DNA of 64,000 nucleotides, taken from assembly GCA_030740155.1 (NCBI GenBank), contig JASLXV010000023.1:29611-93610 (forward strand), given 5' to 3'. The position numbers and the translations under genes are program-made. The notes beneath the pieces were generated by a model that made no database searches, was not told the DNA's origin, and saw only the letters and a program-made list of their open reading frames with translations. Shown piece by piece: positions 28,031 through 38,573 of the stretch (its first letter is position 1; every line of letters starts with the position of its first letter). The stretch comes from Dehalococcoidia bacterium (lineage in GTDB: Bacteria; Chloroflexota; Dehalococcoidia; Lucifugimonadales; UBA3495).

Positions 28031-29896
28031 TTACCTCAACACGCGCTCGTCGCCAACGCGACGGGTGATGTGCTGCTGGTCCAGGTATTCCAATAGGGGC
28101 AACACGTACTTGCGGCTGGAGTTGAACATGGTCCTGGCCTCGGCGACGGTGATGCTTTCGTTGGACTGAAGGTGGGAGACGACCCGGTCCGCCATCTCCC
28201 GGTAGGCGGCGGCGGTGAACACCACCGACGGGTTCACCCTCACCACCTGGCCCTGGTCGATCAGCACCCCCAGCAGCTCCGCTTCCAGGGGTTGGTCGCC
28301 GGGAGGCGTGTAAGGCTCCCGGCCCAGGATTTTCAAATATTCGGCCACCTGCTGCTGCATCTTGGGGGTCAAGGTTACCTGGTGGCCGGGGAGCCGCAGG
28401 AACGGGGCCTCTTCCACCACGTAGCTTTCGCCGGCCAGACGGGCCAACGCCCGGGTGAACGCGGGCTGAGACAGGCCGAGGCGGCTGCGGATTTCCTGGA
28501 CGGGCGCCCCCCGCCGCAAGGGGTATTGGCCGTGGTAGGTCTGGAGGGACACAAACATCTTGCTCTTGAGGATGTCCCAACTCTGTGCTGAGTAAACGAC
28601 CGCGTCGTTATCGGTCCCCAACTCTCCCAGGACCACCACGTCCCCGTCGTCCACGAGGCTTGCCGTACGCTCCACGACCTCGGACGCCGGCAGGTTGGAG
28701 CGCCGGGATAGGGTCGTCAGATCGCAGGGGCCCCACTGCTCGGCGACGCTGAGCAGTATGTCTTCACCGGTGCCCTGGTCCAGCATCATCAGCCTTTCTT
28801 CCACCTCTGGGCTGAAGCGCCGGTGCCGCCGCCGGGGGTTCGGGTCCACCACCTGCCCCCCGCCCAGGGTATCTTCGGCGGAGCGGATGACGAAGAAGTC
28901 CCCTTTTACCATCGGCAGGGATTCGTTCAACAGAATCTGCACCCAGCCTTCGGCGCCGGGGGCCAGCCGGTCGGCGTCCAGCAGCCGGACCCTGGCGGTA
29001 GTCTCACTGGTGAACAGATGGAAGGTCACCCCCTCGTTGTGGCGCAGGGAGTGGGGCGCTCCCCGGACCATCCTCAACTGGGCGTCCAGCCTTCTGGTGG
29101 GCCTCAACCATCCGGGGGTGGTCAAGATTTCCCCTCGCTGGACCTCGGTGCGGGCCAGCCCGGAGATATTTACGGCCAGCCGGACTCCCGGCTGGGTGTT
29201 CTCCACCTTGGTCTTGTGGCTCTGCAATCCGCGAATCCTGCCCCGGCGGCCCGAGGGGGCTAGCTCTACCTCCTGCCCCACGGCCAGGACCCCGTCGATG
29301 AGGGTTCCGGTGACCACGGTCCCGAAGCCGGAGATGGTGAAGCAGCGGTCCACGGGCAGCCGGGGACGCCCCAGGTCGCGCCGCGCCTCGGTGTCGTCGA
29401 GTATCCCGTCGAGGGCGGAGCGCAGATCGTCGAGCCCGGCCCCGGTGTTGGCCGATACCCCAACCATTGCCGAGTTTTCGAAAGAGGTCCCTTTCAGGGC
29501 GTCCTCGACCTCGGCCATGACCAGCTCCACCATCTCTTCATCGACCAGATCGGTCTTGGTGATCACCACCAGGTTGCGCCGGACCTGGAGGATGTCCAGG
29601 ATGGCCAGGTGCTCCCGGGTTTGAGGCATGACGCTTTCGTCGGCGGCCACGATCAGCATAGCCAGGTCGATGGCGCCGACGCCGGCCAGCATGTTCTTGA
29701 TGAACCGTTCGTGGCCCGGCACATCGACGATGCTGACCTCCCGCCCGCTGGGCAAGGTCATCCAGGCGAATCCGAGGTCGACGGTCATCTCCCGCGCCTT
29801 TTCTTCGGGCAGGCGGTCCGGGTCGATGTCAGTCAGGGCCTTGACCAGCGTGGACTTCCCGTGGTCCACGTGGCCGGCGGTGCCTATCACGTACAT
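28031..29896 (-). CDS. selB: selenocysteine-specific translation elongation factor
   Basis: [24 protein letters not shown]-terminal [13 protein letters not shown] winged helix; start MYVIG. Confidence 0.97.
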   Translation of the reverse strand: MYVIGTAGHVDHGKSTLVKALTDIDPDRLPEEKAREMTVDLGFAWMTLPSGREVSIVDVPGHERFIKNMLAGVGAIDLAMLIVAADESVMPQTREHLAILDILQVRRNLVVITKTDLVDEEMVELVMAEVEDALKGTSFENSAMVGVSANTGAGLDDLRSALDGILDDTEARRDLGRPRLPVDRCFTISGFGTVVTGTLIDGVLAVGQEVELAPSGRRGRIRGLQSHKTKVENTQPGVRLAVNISGLARTEVQRGEILTTPGWLRPTRRLDAQLRMVRGAPHSLRHNEGVTFHLFTSETTARVRLLDADRLAPGAEGWVQILLNESLPMVKGDFFVIRSAEDTLGGGQVVDPNPRRRHRRFSPEVEERLMMLDQGTGEDILLSVAEQWGPCDLTTLSRRSNLPASEVVERTASLVDDGDVVVLGELGTDNDAVVYSAQSWDILKSKMFVSLQTYHGQYPLRRGAPVQEIRSRLGLSQPAFTRALARLAGESYVVEEAPFLRLPGHQVTLTPKMQQQVAEYLKILGREPYTPPGDQPLEAELLGVLIDQGQVVRVNPSVVFTAAAYREMADRVVSHLQSNESITVAEARTMFNSSRKYVLPLLEYLDQQHITRRVGDERVLR

Positions 29897-30126
29897 TAGG
29901 GCATGATCGCTATGCGGGTGTCTTCGGGTCCAAGTACGTCGATGGCATGATGAAGGCACGCACGAATGTCCTCGGCTTTGAGGCCAGGGTAGTAATCCTG
30001 GGTTATCTTCCCGAAGGAAAGACCTTCCCTCACCAGTTCAAGCACACTCAATACCGGAATCCTGGTACCTGTAACACATGGCTTCCCATAACGGATATCC
30101 TGGCTTACCGTGATTCCTTCGCTCAT
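29896..30126 (-). CDS. DUF433 family protein (putative antitoxin)
   Basis: [12 protein letters not shown]...[13 protein letters not shown]. Confidence 0.88.
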   Translation of the reverse strand: MSEGITVSQDIRYGKPCVTGTRIPVLSVLELVREGLSFGKITQDYYPGLKAEDIRACLHHAIDVLGPEDTRIAIMP

Positions 30127-30174
30127 GTCTCCCCTTAGTGAGGGTCTGCGTCAAGAATAGCACCAATTCGACCC

Positions 30175-31404
30175 TCACCCCACAAACCGGGTGAAAACCT
30201 GGTTGGCGATGAAGTAGGCCGATTCGGTCAGGCGTAGGCGTCCGTCTTGCCGCTCCAGCAGGCCCAACCCGGCCAGGTCCTCAATCTCCGGCCGGTACTT
30301 CGCTTCCAGGTCGGCCCCGGCCCCGGCGGACGCCTCCGCCAGGTCCATTCCGTCCAGGAGGCGTAGCCCCAGGAACATGGTTTCGGCGCACGCCGTGTCC
30401 CGGTCGATGTATTCCTGGCCGGCCACCGGCGCGACCGTGCGCAACTCCGCCTCCGTGAGGGAGTCGAAGGGCCCCGGCTGGGTGGCCTGCCACCGCTTCA
30501 CCCGCGAGATGTAGGTCCGGGGCGAATTCGCTTCCCAGAACCGGTACCGGCCCAGACGGGAGTGGGCGCCGGGCCCAACGCCGAGATAGGGCCGATTGAG
30601 CCAATAGCCCAGATTGTGCCGTGCAACGTACCCGGTCCGCGCCCAGTTGGATATCTCGTAGTGATGGTATCCGGCCCCGGCCAGCAAAACCCGGGCAAGG
30701 CCGTACATGTCGGCGGCCAGGTCCGGGTCCGGCTCCGGCAGCTTCCCCTGCTCCATCTGGTGGTGCAGGGGGGTCCCCTCTTCCAGGGTCAAGCTGTAGA
30801 GTGAAAGGTGAGTGGGGCCGAGGGACACGACGGCTTGCAGCGTCTCCCGCCATTGGGCCAGCGATTGGTGGGGCAGGCCGTACATCAGGTCCAGGCTGAT
30901 GTCGGTGAACCCGGCATCGCCGGCGGCCCGGTAGGCGTGCACCGCCTCCTCGGAGTTGTGGCGCCGGCCCAATAGGGTCAGCAGGCCATCGTCCAGGCTC
31001 TGGACACCCATGCTGAGCCGGTTGATTCCCTGGGAGAGCAGTCTCCGGCAGGCGGCCCGGTCCAGGTCCCCCGGGTTGGCCTCCAGGGTTACCTCGGCAT
31101 CCTCCTCGACGTTGAAGGCAGCGCGGATCGCGGCCAGCATCCGGCCGATGTATCCGTCGGGCAGATAGGAGGGCGTTCCTCCGCCGAAGAACACGGTGTT
31201 GACCGCCGGTTGTTGCAGCACCCGGCCCCAGAGGCCGAACTCGGCGGTCACGGCCTCCAGGTACGGCGCAATAAGGTCTTCAATCCCCTGGTAGGTGTTG
31301 AAATCACAGTAAGGACATCTGGTCTGGCAGAACGGGACGTGCACATACAGACCCATTCCGGTATCTGGAACGATTCGTGGGGTCGGTAGTGGTCTTGTTG
31401 CCAT
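30175..31404 (-). CDS. hemW: radical SAM heme chaperone (HemN-like)
   Basis: YVHVPFCQTRCPYCDF, GGGTPS, YEISNW, HNLGYW. Confidence 0.9.
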   Translation of the reverse strand: MATRPLPTPRIVPDTGMGLYVHVPFCQTRCPYCDFNTYQGIEDLIAPYLEAVTAEFGLWGRVLQQPAVNTVFFGGGTPSYLPDGYIGRMLAAIRAAFNVEEDAEVTLEANPGDLDRAACRRLLSQGINRLSMGVQSLDDGLLTLLGRRHNSEEAVHAYRAAGDAGFTDISLDLMYGLPHQSLAQWRETLQAVVSLGPTHLSLYSLTLEEGTPLHHQMEQGKLPEPDPDLAADMYGLARVLLAGAGYHHYEISNWARTGYVARHNLGYWLNRPYLGVGPGAHSRLGRYRFWEANSPRTYISRVKRWQATQPGPFDSLTEAELRTVAPVAGQEYIDRDTACAETMFLGLRLLDGMDLAEASAGAGADLEAKYRPEIEDLAGLGLLERQDGRLRLTESAYFIANQVFTRFVG

Positions 31405-31542
31405 ACAAATCCGCTGGGATCGTCGAGGTCTTGGGGCAATTACCGGAGAGGACGCCGCGATTGCCCGCCGCCGGCTCGGGCCGGGTCCGCCGGTAGGCCC
31501 AAGCCCATCGCTCAGCTGGCCAGGGTGTGGCCTGGCGGGAGG

Positions 31543-31914
31543 CTACTCATCGTCAAGGAGCCTGGAGGAGCCGTCCACCACCTTCGAAGGGTCTTTGTCC
31601 TCGGGTCGATCGGAGCGGGGGGGCCTCCCCAGGTGAAGGTCGACCAGGTGAGGGGGAGAAAGCTTTATCAGCATGAGGACCGCTAGGCCAAGGACGATCA
31701 CGTCGTCGGCTTTACCCACGATCGGGACCTTCCAATCGTGAGCTAGGTCGATGGGCGATACGATGTAGACAAGGGCCAGCGGGACCAATGCCCTTAGCAC
31801 TATGAACACCCGCTTGTCGAAAGTGAGCCGCCATACCAACCGTACATACCGCATGATGACCGGCATCAATCGTGGGGCCATGAAGAACAACAACGGGATT
31901 ATCCGATGCAGCAT
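31543..31914 (-). CDS. DUF1232/YkvA family membrane protein
   Basis: YIVSPIDL...PIVGKADD. Confidence 0.8.
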   Translation of the reverse strand: MLHRIIPLLFFMAPRLMPVIMRYVRLVWRLTFDKRVFIVLRALVPLALVYIVSPIDLAHDWKVPIVGKADDVIVLGLAVLMLIKLSPPHLVDLHLGRPPRSDRPEDKDPSKVVDGSSRLLDDE

Positions 31915-32123
31915 GGTTGCAACTCCGAAAAATCGGCTACCGCATATAATTATAAGGCAGTCCGGGTGCCTTGGGAACCGGGGCCGCTTCCGCCGCGGGA
32001 CCATACGCTATACTATTACTGGTGCGGGCGCGAAATGCGTCCCCGCTTTTTTCGGGGTCCCACACAACAGCCGCAAACCTCGGGCCCAAGATCGGTGTCC
32101 GAGGCGATGATGGAGCGTTGAAC

Positions 32124-33524
32124 ATGGCGCCTGTGACTCAATCCCGGACCATCGGCCAGCTTCGTAAGTCCCGTTACCAGGTGCTCCCGGTGCGGGAAGA
32201 ACTGAGGAATAACCTGATTGCCAAGATCAGGGCGGAGGAGATCGTCTTCCCGGGCATCATCGGGTTCGAGAACACGGTGATCCCCCAACTGGAAAACGCA
32301 ATCCTCGCCGGGCAGGACGTTATCCTCCTGGGAGAGCGAGGGCAGGCCAAGTCTCGTCTGATCCGGAGCATGGTCAATCTGCTGGACGAGTACATCCCCA
32401 AGATCGCCGGTTGTGAGATCAACGATAACCCCTACAGCCCCATTTGCCGGGCCTGCCGTGATAAAGTGGCCAAGGCAGGCGACGAGACAGAGATCGAGTG
32501 GGTGCCCCGGGAGGACCGCTACTCGGAGAAGCTGGCCACGCCGGATATTTCCATCGCCGACCTTATCGGCGAGGTAGACCCGATAAAGGTGGCCGAGGGC
32601 CATTACCTGTCCGACGAGCTGGTCATCCACTACGGCCTGGTGCCTCGCACCAACCGGGGTATTTTCTGCATCAACGAGCTGCCCGACCTGGCGGAGCGAA
32701 TTCAAGTCGGCCTGTTCAACCTGATGGAAGAGCACGACGTGCAGATCAAGGGCTACCGTATCCGCCTGCCTCTGGACGTCTACGTGGTGTCGACCGCCAA
32801 CCCCGAAGACTATACCAGCCGGGGCCGCATCGTGACCCCGCTAAAGGACCGGTACGGGTCGCAGATCCACACCCATTACCCCAAGGACATCGAGGACGAG
32901 ATCACCATCATGGAGCAGGAGCGGTCCCGCTTCCCCGAAGAGGACACCATAGTGGTGCCCGACTATATGAAGGAGATACTGGCGGAGATAACTTCACTGG
33001 CCAGGCAGAGCAGCGAGATCAACCAACGCTCCGGGGTGAGCGTCCGGGTTTCCATATCCAACTACGAGATCCTGCTGAGCAACGCCATGCGACGGTCCAT
33101 TGTCCACGGGGATCAGTGGGTCTGCCCCAGGGCCAGCGACTTGCCCTATATCGTTGCTTCTTTTTCCGGGAAGATCGAGCTGGAGACCTTCGAGGAAGGC
33201 CGGGAGAGCAAGGTGACCGACGACCTGACCCGGCGGGCGGCGCTCCGGGTATTTGGCAATTATTTCGACGTGAGCGATCTGGAGCAGGTGATAACCTCTT
33301 TCGACCTGGGGCACACGGCGGAGACCGGCAGCGAGAGGCCGGCGTCCGAGTACCCGGCATTGCTGACGAGGGTAGAAGGCCTGTCCGACGCGGTGAAGCG
33401 GTTGACCGACGACGAGCGGCCCGAGGTGCTGGCTTCGGCCATCGAGTTCATCCTGGAGGGCCTGCACCTGAACCGGCGGCTGAACTGCGAGCGGAGCCCG
33501 GAGGGGTACCTCTACCGGAGGTAG
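32124..33524 (+). CDS. magnesium-chelatase-like AAA+ ATPase
   Basis: LGERGQAKS, EKLATPD, RGIFCINELPDL, ANPEDYTSRGRI, LKDRYGS. Confidence 0.85.
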   Translation: MAPVTQSRTIGQLRKSRYQVLPVREELRNNLIAKIRAEEIVFPGIIGFENTVIPQLENAILAGQDVILLGERGQAKSRLIRSMVNLLDEYIPKIAGCEINDNPYSPICRACRDKVAKAGDETEIEWVPREDRYSEKLATPDISIADLIGEVDPIKVAEGHYLSDELVIHYGLVPRTNRGIFCINELPDLAERIQVGLFNLMEEHDVQIKGYRIRLPLDVYVVSTANPEDYTSRGRIVTPLKDRYGSQIHTHYPKDIEDEITIMEQERSRFPEEDTIVVPDYMKEILAEITSLARQSSEINQRSGVSVRVSISNYEILLSNAMRRSIVHGDQWVCPRASDLPYIVASFSGKIELETFEEGRESKVTDDLTRRAALRVFGNYFDVSDLEQVITSFDLGHTAETGSERPASEYPALLTRVEGLSDAVKRLTDDERPEVLASAIEFILEGLHLNRRLNCERSPEGYLYRR

Positions 33525-33731
33525 GCCTCGCCGGAAAGCAGGCTTGGCCGGCCGTTCGCCGCCCGGTCTCGGCACGACCTAATTCCCTCATGTTCTGCGT
33601 CGCCAGTTACGGCTACACCCCTCATTGGATCCGAGTATCCGAGCCCTCTATTTCTCCTCTGCAAACCTCTTTTGCGGAACCTGCGAATGGTAAGTGGGGA
33701 TTTCTACCACGCCGATTCTGACCGCCCCCCA

Positions 33732-33774
33732 TTGAACTTAAGCCGGCCCGGATTTATGATTAGTACAGATGTTC
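33732..33774 (+). promoter_or_regulatory. sigma70 promoter with adjacent LexA-like box
   Basis: TTGAAC-17-TATGAT then GTAC-AGAT-GTTC (GAAC-N4-GTTC with one mismatch). Confidence 0.65.
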
Positions 33775-33784
33775 CCATAAGTTC

Positions 33785-34708
33785 ATGAATCAGGGAGGTT
33801 TGATGGGCGTCGCCGCAGTCCGGGCAGTCTACTGCAAAACCTTGCTGAACCGCACCGACGTTCCCGGTATGCCCTTTCGCTGGTCGCTGAACCCCTACCG
33901 GGGTTGCAGCCACGCGTGTAACTATTGCTTTGCCCGCCCCACCCATCAGTTCGGAGGCCCCGACGCTGGCCGGGAGTTCGAGCAGCGGGTATTCGCCAAG
34001 GTAAACGCGCCGCAGGTGCTGTGCCAAGAGCTTTCCCGCCCCCAGTGGCATCGAGAGCCCATCATCATCGGCACCGCCTCCGACCCCTACGAGCCGGCCG
34101 AGGCCGAGTACCTGCTGACCCGCCGAATCCTCCAGGTATTGGCGGAGTTCGAGAACCCGGCGGCAATCACGACAAAAGGGGTGCTGGTGCGGCGTGATGT
34201 AGACGTATTGCGGGACCTGGGCCGGGTGGCCCACGTGCGGGTGATCTTCAGCGTTGGGAGCATCGACGAACGGGTGTGGAGGCTGACTGAACCGGGGGCC
34301 CCGGACCCGTGGGCCCGGCTTGAAGCCATGCAATTTCTGGTGGAGAACGGCATCTCCGCCGGGGTGGTTATGGCCCCCTTGCTTCCCGGCATCTCGGATA
34401 GCTCGCAAAGCATCGACGCGGTGGCCGCCGCTGCCGCCAGTCACCAGGCCCAGTTCCTGGAGGCCAACCTTCTTTTCTTGAACCCCGGCTCCAGAGAAGG
34501 TTTTATGCCGTCGCTGGGAGAGGCTTACCCCCGCCTGGTCCCGGCTTACGCCAGGTTGTACCGCAGAACCTACGCGCCCCAGGCGTACAAGAACAGCGTG
34601 CTGAAGGTGGTCGCGGAGGCGCGGCGAAAATGGGGACTGCCGGCCAGTGCACCGTGGCGGTCGGTGCAGGCTCCCCAGCGGCAGCTACAACTCGCTCTGA
34701 GCGCGTGA
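33785..34708 (+). CDS. Rv2578c/SplB-like radical SAM protein (putative DNA repair)
   Basis: SLNPYRGCSHACNYCFAR, GTASDPY, ITTK; the real start may be the ATG at 33803 after GGAGG. Confidence 0.85.
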   Translation: MNQGGLMGVAAVRAVYCKTLLNRTDVPGMPFRWSLNPYRGCSHACNYCFARPTHQFGGPDAGREFEQRVFAKVNAPQVLCQELSRPQWHREPIIIGTASDPYEPAEAEYLLTRRILQVLAEFENPAAITTKGVLVRRDVDVLRDLGRVAHVRVIFSVGSIDERVWRLTEPGAPDPWARLEAMQFLVENGISAGVVMAPLLPGISDSSQSIDAVAAAAASHQAQFLEANLLFLNPGSREGFMPSLGEAYPRLVPAYARLYRRTYAPQAYKNSVLKVVAEARRKWGLPASAPWRSVQAPQRQLQLALSA

Positions 34709-34757
34709 AGGTCCGGCACCGGCGGTGGCGGCGCGGAGGGCGAGGCGGCAGCAGCGC

Positions 34758-35423
34758 TCAGTAGTTTGAAGCCTTGGTCTCGACCAGCTTGCCGGTGACC
34801 AGGAAAATGACCCTCTCGGCTATGTTGGTGGCCCGGTCGGCGATCCGTTCCAGGTCGTGTGCCACCCATAGCAGGTAGGTCGCCCTTTTGATGGTTTCCG
34901 GGTCCTTGATCATCAAGAGAAGCAGGTTCCGGTACACCTGATCGTACAACTCGTCCACATTGTCGTCGGCCTGGCACACCTGCTGGGCTTTCACAACGTC
35001 CCTAGTGAACAGGGCGTCCATGCTGTCGTGCAGCATCGCCGTCGCTTTTTCGGCCATGACGGGTATGTCGACCAGTGGTTTGACCGGGGGGTCCTCCCCC
35101 ATGGCCAGACTGATTTTGGCGATCCCCTCGGCGTAGTCCCCCATCCGCTCCAACTCCACCGCGATGTGAAGCAGGGCGAGGATGACCCGCAGGTCCCGGG
35201 CCATCGGCTGCTGACTTGCGATGAGGTCGATGCATCGCTCCTCGATTTCGAACCGCTTCTGGTCGATGTAGTCGTCGTCCCGCACAACCTGGTCCGAATT
35301 TGCCAGGTCTCGCTCCTTCAGGGCGTCCACCGCCAGGTTGATCGACTTTGCGACAGTCGTGGCCAGGACCTCCACTTCTTTCTGAAGCAGATCGAGTTGA
35401 AGGTCAAAATCTGCCCTTGGCAT
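34758..35423 (-). CDS. phoU: phosphate signalling protein PhoU
   Basis: QQPMARDLR, ELERMGDYA, DLERIADRATNIAE. Confidence 0.95.
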   Translation of the reverse strand: MPRADFDLQLDLLQKEVEVLATTVAKSINLAVDALKERDLANSDQVVRDDDYIDQKRFEIEERCIDLIASQQPMARDLRVILALLHIAVELERMGDYAEGIAKISLAMGEDPPVKPLVDIPVMAEKATAMLHDSMDALFTRDVVKAQQVCQADDNVDELYDQVYRNLLLLMIKDPETIKRATYLLWVAHDLERIADRATNIAERVIFLVTGKLVETKASNY

Positions 35424-36161
35424 TCCTGCCCCTCCTGATGTTCCACTCCCTGGGATGGGAGACTTGTTCTCGGGCCGCTCCGAGAGCGCCGGGGCTGAGG
35501 ACCAGGTCACGGCGGCGGCGCCCTTGTCGCCTTGCGGCCTGGCGTCCCCCGGTCCACGCCGCCTGGATTACGGATTCGCCGCCAGGACCTCTAGCTAGAT
35601 TGGATGCCGGAAAACGCCCGGAGACTCCAGCGCATTAATGCGAGGTCTGACCACTTCCAGACGCAACCAGTCGTTCTTGCGTCCCCTTGAGCCGTACTCC
35701 CGGACCGCTAGGGTTGGTGCTTTCGGACACCGGGTCATCCGTCCCCAAGATTGAGGAGAAAGACTCGCCCCTTATGCCCCCGTTGCGCATGCTTGCGGGT
35801 GGTAGAAGGATACTCTCGGGGGGTAGAATGAGTCAATTCGCCAGACCGGCGTTTTCCTTCTTCCCTTTGCTCGGAGTGTCTGGTATCATCTTAGGTTAAT
35901 CACGCCGGGAAGGCGCCCGGTTACGAATTCCAGCGAGCGACGGCGATGGCTACGTGGAACGTCATGGCCCTGCTGCGGGAGAGGAGCGGCGGACCGGAGT
36001 GGAGGGGACGCTAAAGTCTCGGCTTTTGTGTTCGAAGCGGTTGCCGCCCGGTTACTGCCGGAGTTATGATAGGTTTGCGGTCGCGGCCGAGTGAGGTTTT
36101 CGATAGGGAAACTGCGCGATAGCTCCTTTTCCAGAGGTACCATGGTTCGATATGGTGCCGT

Positions 36162-37430
36162 ATGACTAATCCGGCCCTTTTGCTGCTCAAGCCGGCTGCT
36201 TGGCTAACGGATAAGCTGCAAGTCAATCGCAGTGTGGTTGGCGCCCTCGCCGAAGGCCGGAGCGACCAACGCTTTAGGCTGGCTTTTCGGTACTTCTCGT
36301 GGAAGAAGCTGTTCAATGTCATCCTGGTTGAGGCCCAGCTACGGATAGGGCGCGCCAAGACCTGGGGGGCGCCCTTCGAGTGGGAAATCGACACGACCAA
36401 CATTTGCCAGTTGAAATGCCCCTTGTGCCACACCGGTTTGGGCACCATCCGGCGGGATAAAGGGACCATGCATTTCGACCTTTTCACGAGGACTATCGAT
36501 CAGATCAAAGACTATTGTGTGTGGCTGACCCTTTATAGCTGGGGAGAACCTTTCTTAAACCGGCGAATTCATGAGTTTGTGGCCTATGCTCATGAGAATA
36601 AGATTGCTACAATTATGAGCACGAACCTCAACAAGCAGTTGAGCCCCGAGACGGCGGAGAATATCATCAAATCGGGATTGGACGTGATGATCATCTCGCT
36701 CGATGGACTCACTCAGGAAGTCTACGAGACCTACCGTGTTGGCGGGCGGCTGGAGCGGGTCCTGGACAATATCAAGCTCCTGGTGCGAAAGAAGAAGGAG
36801 TTGGGCTACATCACTCCCAACCTGGAATGGCAGTTCATCGTCATGCGGCAAAACGAGTTCCAAATGGACGACGCCCGGCGCATGGCGGTTGAGCTGGGGG
36901 TAGACTCCCTGGTGTTCAAGAAAGTAGACTTCCCTCACGGTGAAAAAACCCAGGAAACGGCGGAGCGCTGGCTCCCGCGGGAGCATCCGGAATACCTCCG
37001 GGGTGATCCGTTTTCAAAGCCGTACCAGGAGGATGGGGATAGGTGTTGGCGGCTGTGGCGCAGCGCCGTGGTCAACTGGGATGGCGGCCTTGCACCTTGC
37101 TGCTACCTGACCGACAAGGCCGAGGATTTCGGCGACGCCGGCACCACCCCGGTCAAGGAAATCTGGACTGGCGAGCAGTACACCACCGCCCGGGGCCTGT
37201 TCAAGAACGGCTATGTACCGGAGAAGTGGGTCGGCTGCGCGTCGTGCGGCGTGTATCTTGGGAGCCAGGCGGCCAGGAAAAGGGGGCCGATGGCGCTGCA
37301 TCCGGAGCCGGCCTATGCGGGTTCAACCGGAGTGACGGGCCGGAGCGGTGCAGGCGAGGGACCTCAAGTGCCGGGCGGCTGGCGCTTTCCCATGGCAAGC
37401 AATTGGAAAGAAGAGTCCGATGAAGAGTGA
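36162..37430 (+). CDS. radical SAM / SPASM(twitch) domain protein
   Basis: CQLKCPLC, WGEPFL, CWRLW...WDGGLAPCC...CASC. Confidence 0.88.
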   Translation: MTNPALLLLKPAAWLTDKLQVNRSVVGALAEGRSDQRFRLAFRYFSWKKLFNVILVEAQLRIGRAKTWGAPFEWEIDTTNICQLKCPLCHTGLGTIRRDKGTMHFDLFTRTIDQIKDYCVWLTLYSWGEPFLNRRIHEFVAYAHENKIATIMSTNLNKQLSPETAENIIKSGLDVMIISLDGLTQEVYETYRVGGRLERVLDNIKLLVRKKKELGYITPNLEWQFIVMRQNEFQMDDARRMAVELGVDSLVFKKVDFPHGEKTQETAERWLPREHPEYLRGDPFSKPYQEDGDRCWRLWRSAVVNWDGGLAPCCYLTDKAEDFGDAGTTPVKEIWTGEQYTTARGLFKNGYVPEKWVGCASCGVYLGSQAARKRGPMALHPEPAYAGSTGVTGRSGAGEGPQVPGGWRFPMASNWKEESDEE

Positions 37431-37639
37431 CGGCGGGTTTCGTGCCGGGGAGTGGGCCAGTGTTGGGAAGTGTCGAAACCTGCGGGTCATTCAGGTATCC
37501 GCCCACGGAAGAAGGTGTCAATCCTGGTCTCCAAGGAATGGCTCGCGATAAAACGCCGGTGGCGATACCATACCAGTCACCGCTCTTTGACGTCGACGTC
37601 AGGTCGACTGGGGTCTGGGCGGTAGGCGGGCATAGCTGA
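37427..37639 (+). CDS. possible small protein (70 aa)
   Basis: GTGA overlap with the rSAM stop and ends 12 nt before the next gene; no recognisable motif. Confidence 0.3.
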   Translation: MTAGFVPGSGPVLGSVETCGSFRYPPTEEGVNPGLQGMARDKTPVAIPYQSPLFDVDVRSTGVWAVGGHS

Positions 37640-37651
37640 GGGTGGAGAGGC

Positions 37652-38545
37652 ATGATGCTTCCCGAGCGCTTCAACCCCTTCAAAAAGTTCCCGTTTCGGA
37701 CCTGGCTTCACCACTTCCGGGAGTTGCTCCTTGTCGTAGGTGCCTACTTCATCTACATGTACTCCAGAGCGCTGGTGTTCGATGACATCGAAGCCTCTGC
37801 CCTGGCCAATGCCAGCACGATCATTGCACTCGAAAAATCTCTGGGTTTCTTCTGGGAGCCGGATTGGCAGGCGTGGGCCATCGCCAGCGCCAAAGCCGTG
37901 GTGGTCTTCTTCAATTGGGCCTACATATTCACTTTCTGGCCGATTATCCTGATCGCCGCCCTCATCCTCTACATCGGCAACCGGCCTCGCTACATTTACT
38001 ACCGCAACGTCCTGCTGCTCAGCTTCGTCTTGGCCTTACTGGGCTTCATGCTGTTCCCCTTGGCCCCGCCCCGCATGATGGCCGGGCAATTCGTCGATAC
38101 CATCAAGGCCTTTGGGCCGGCCTTCTACGCCAGCAGGGAGTTTGCCAACTACTACAATCCCTACGCGGCCATGCCCAGCCTGCACTTTAGCTGGACCATT
38201 ATGTTCGGCATCGTGTTTCTGCGATCGGGCAACCGGTGGGTGAGAGTCCTCGGAATCCTCTACCCATTGGTGACGCTGCTGGCTATCACCATCACCGGCA
38301 ATCATTACATTATCGATGCCATTGCTGGTGGCCTCTTGATCGCGGGGGCCTTCGCCACGTTGGAGTTGGGATTCCGCCGCCGGTTCTTCTTGCCGAGGTT
38401 GCGGAAGTACCTTCGAGAATCTTCCGGTAGACGCCGGTTGCCCAAGTCCGGCGCGACCGGGCCGACGGATGCGCCTGCCGCGGGCTTCATACAAAATGGC
38501 CTGGACGGGTATCCGAATAATCCCGGCAATCCCTCGGGCCAATAG
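37652..38545 (+). CDS. PAP2 superfamily membrane protein (PAP2_3 / IPC synthase-like)
   Basis: FPLAPPR, AAMPSLH, GNHYIID. Confidence 0.88.
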   Translation: MMLPERFNPFKKFPFRTWLHHFRELLLVVGAYFIYMYSRALVFDDIEASALANASTIIALEKSLGFFWEPDWQAWAIASAKAVVVFFNWAYIFTFWPIILIAALILYIGNRPRYIYYRNVLLLSFVLALLGFMLFPLAPPRMMAGQFVDTIKAFGPAFYASREFANYYNPYAAMPSLHFSWTIMFGIVFLRSGNRWVRVLGILYPLVTLLAITITGNHYIIDAIAGGLLIAGAFATLELGFRRRFFLPRLRKYLRESSGRRRLPKSGATGPTDAPAAGFIQNGLDGYPNNPGNPSGQ

Positions 38546-38573
38546 GGCGCCCGGCCTAGCCAGCCCGCGCTGA

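Noticed and set aside
35430..36160. Riboswitch or Pho box in the long phoU-rSAM intergenic region
   Set aside because: No recognisable aptamer consensus or 11-bp direct repeats.
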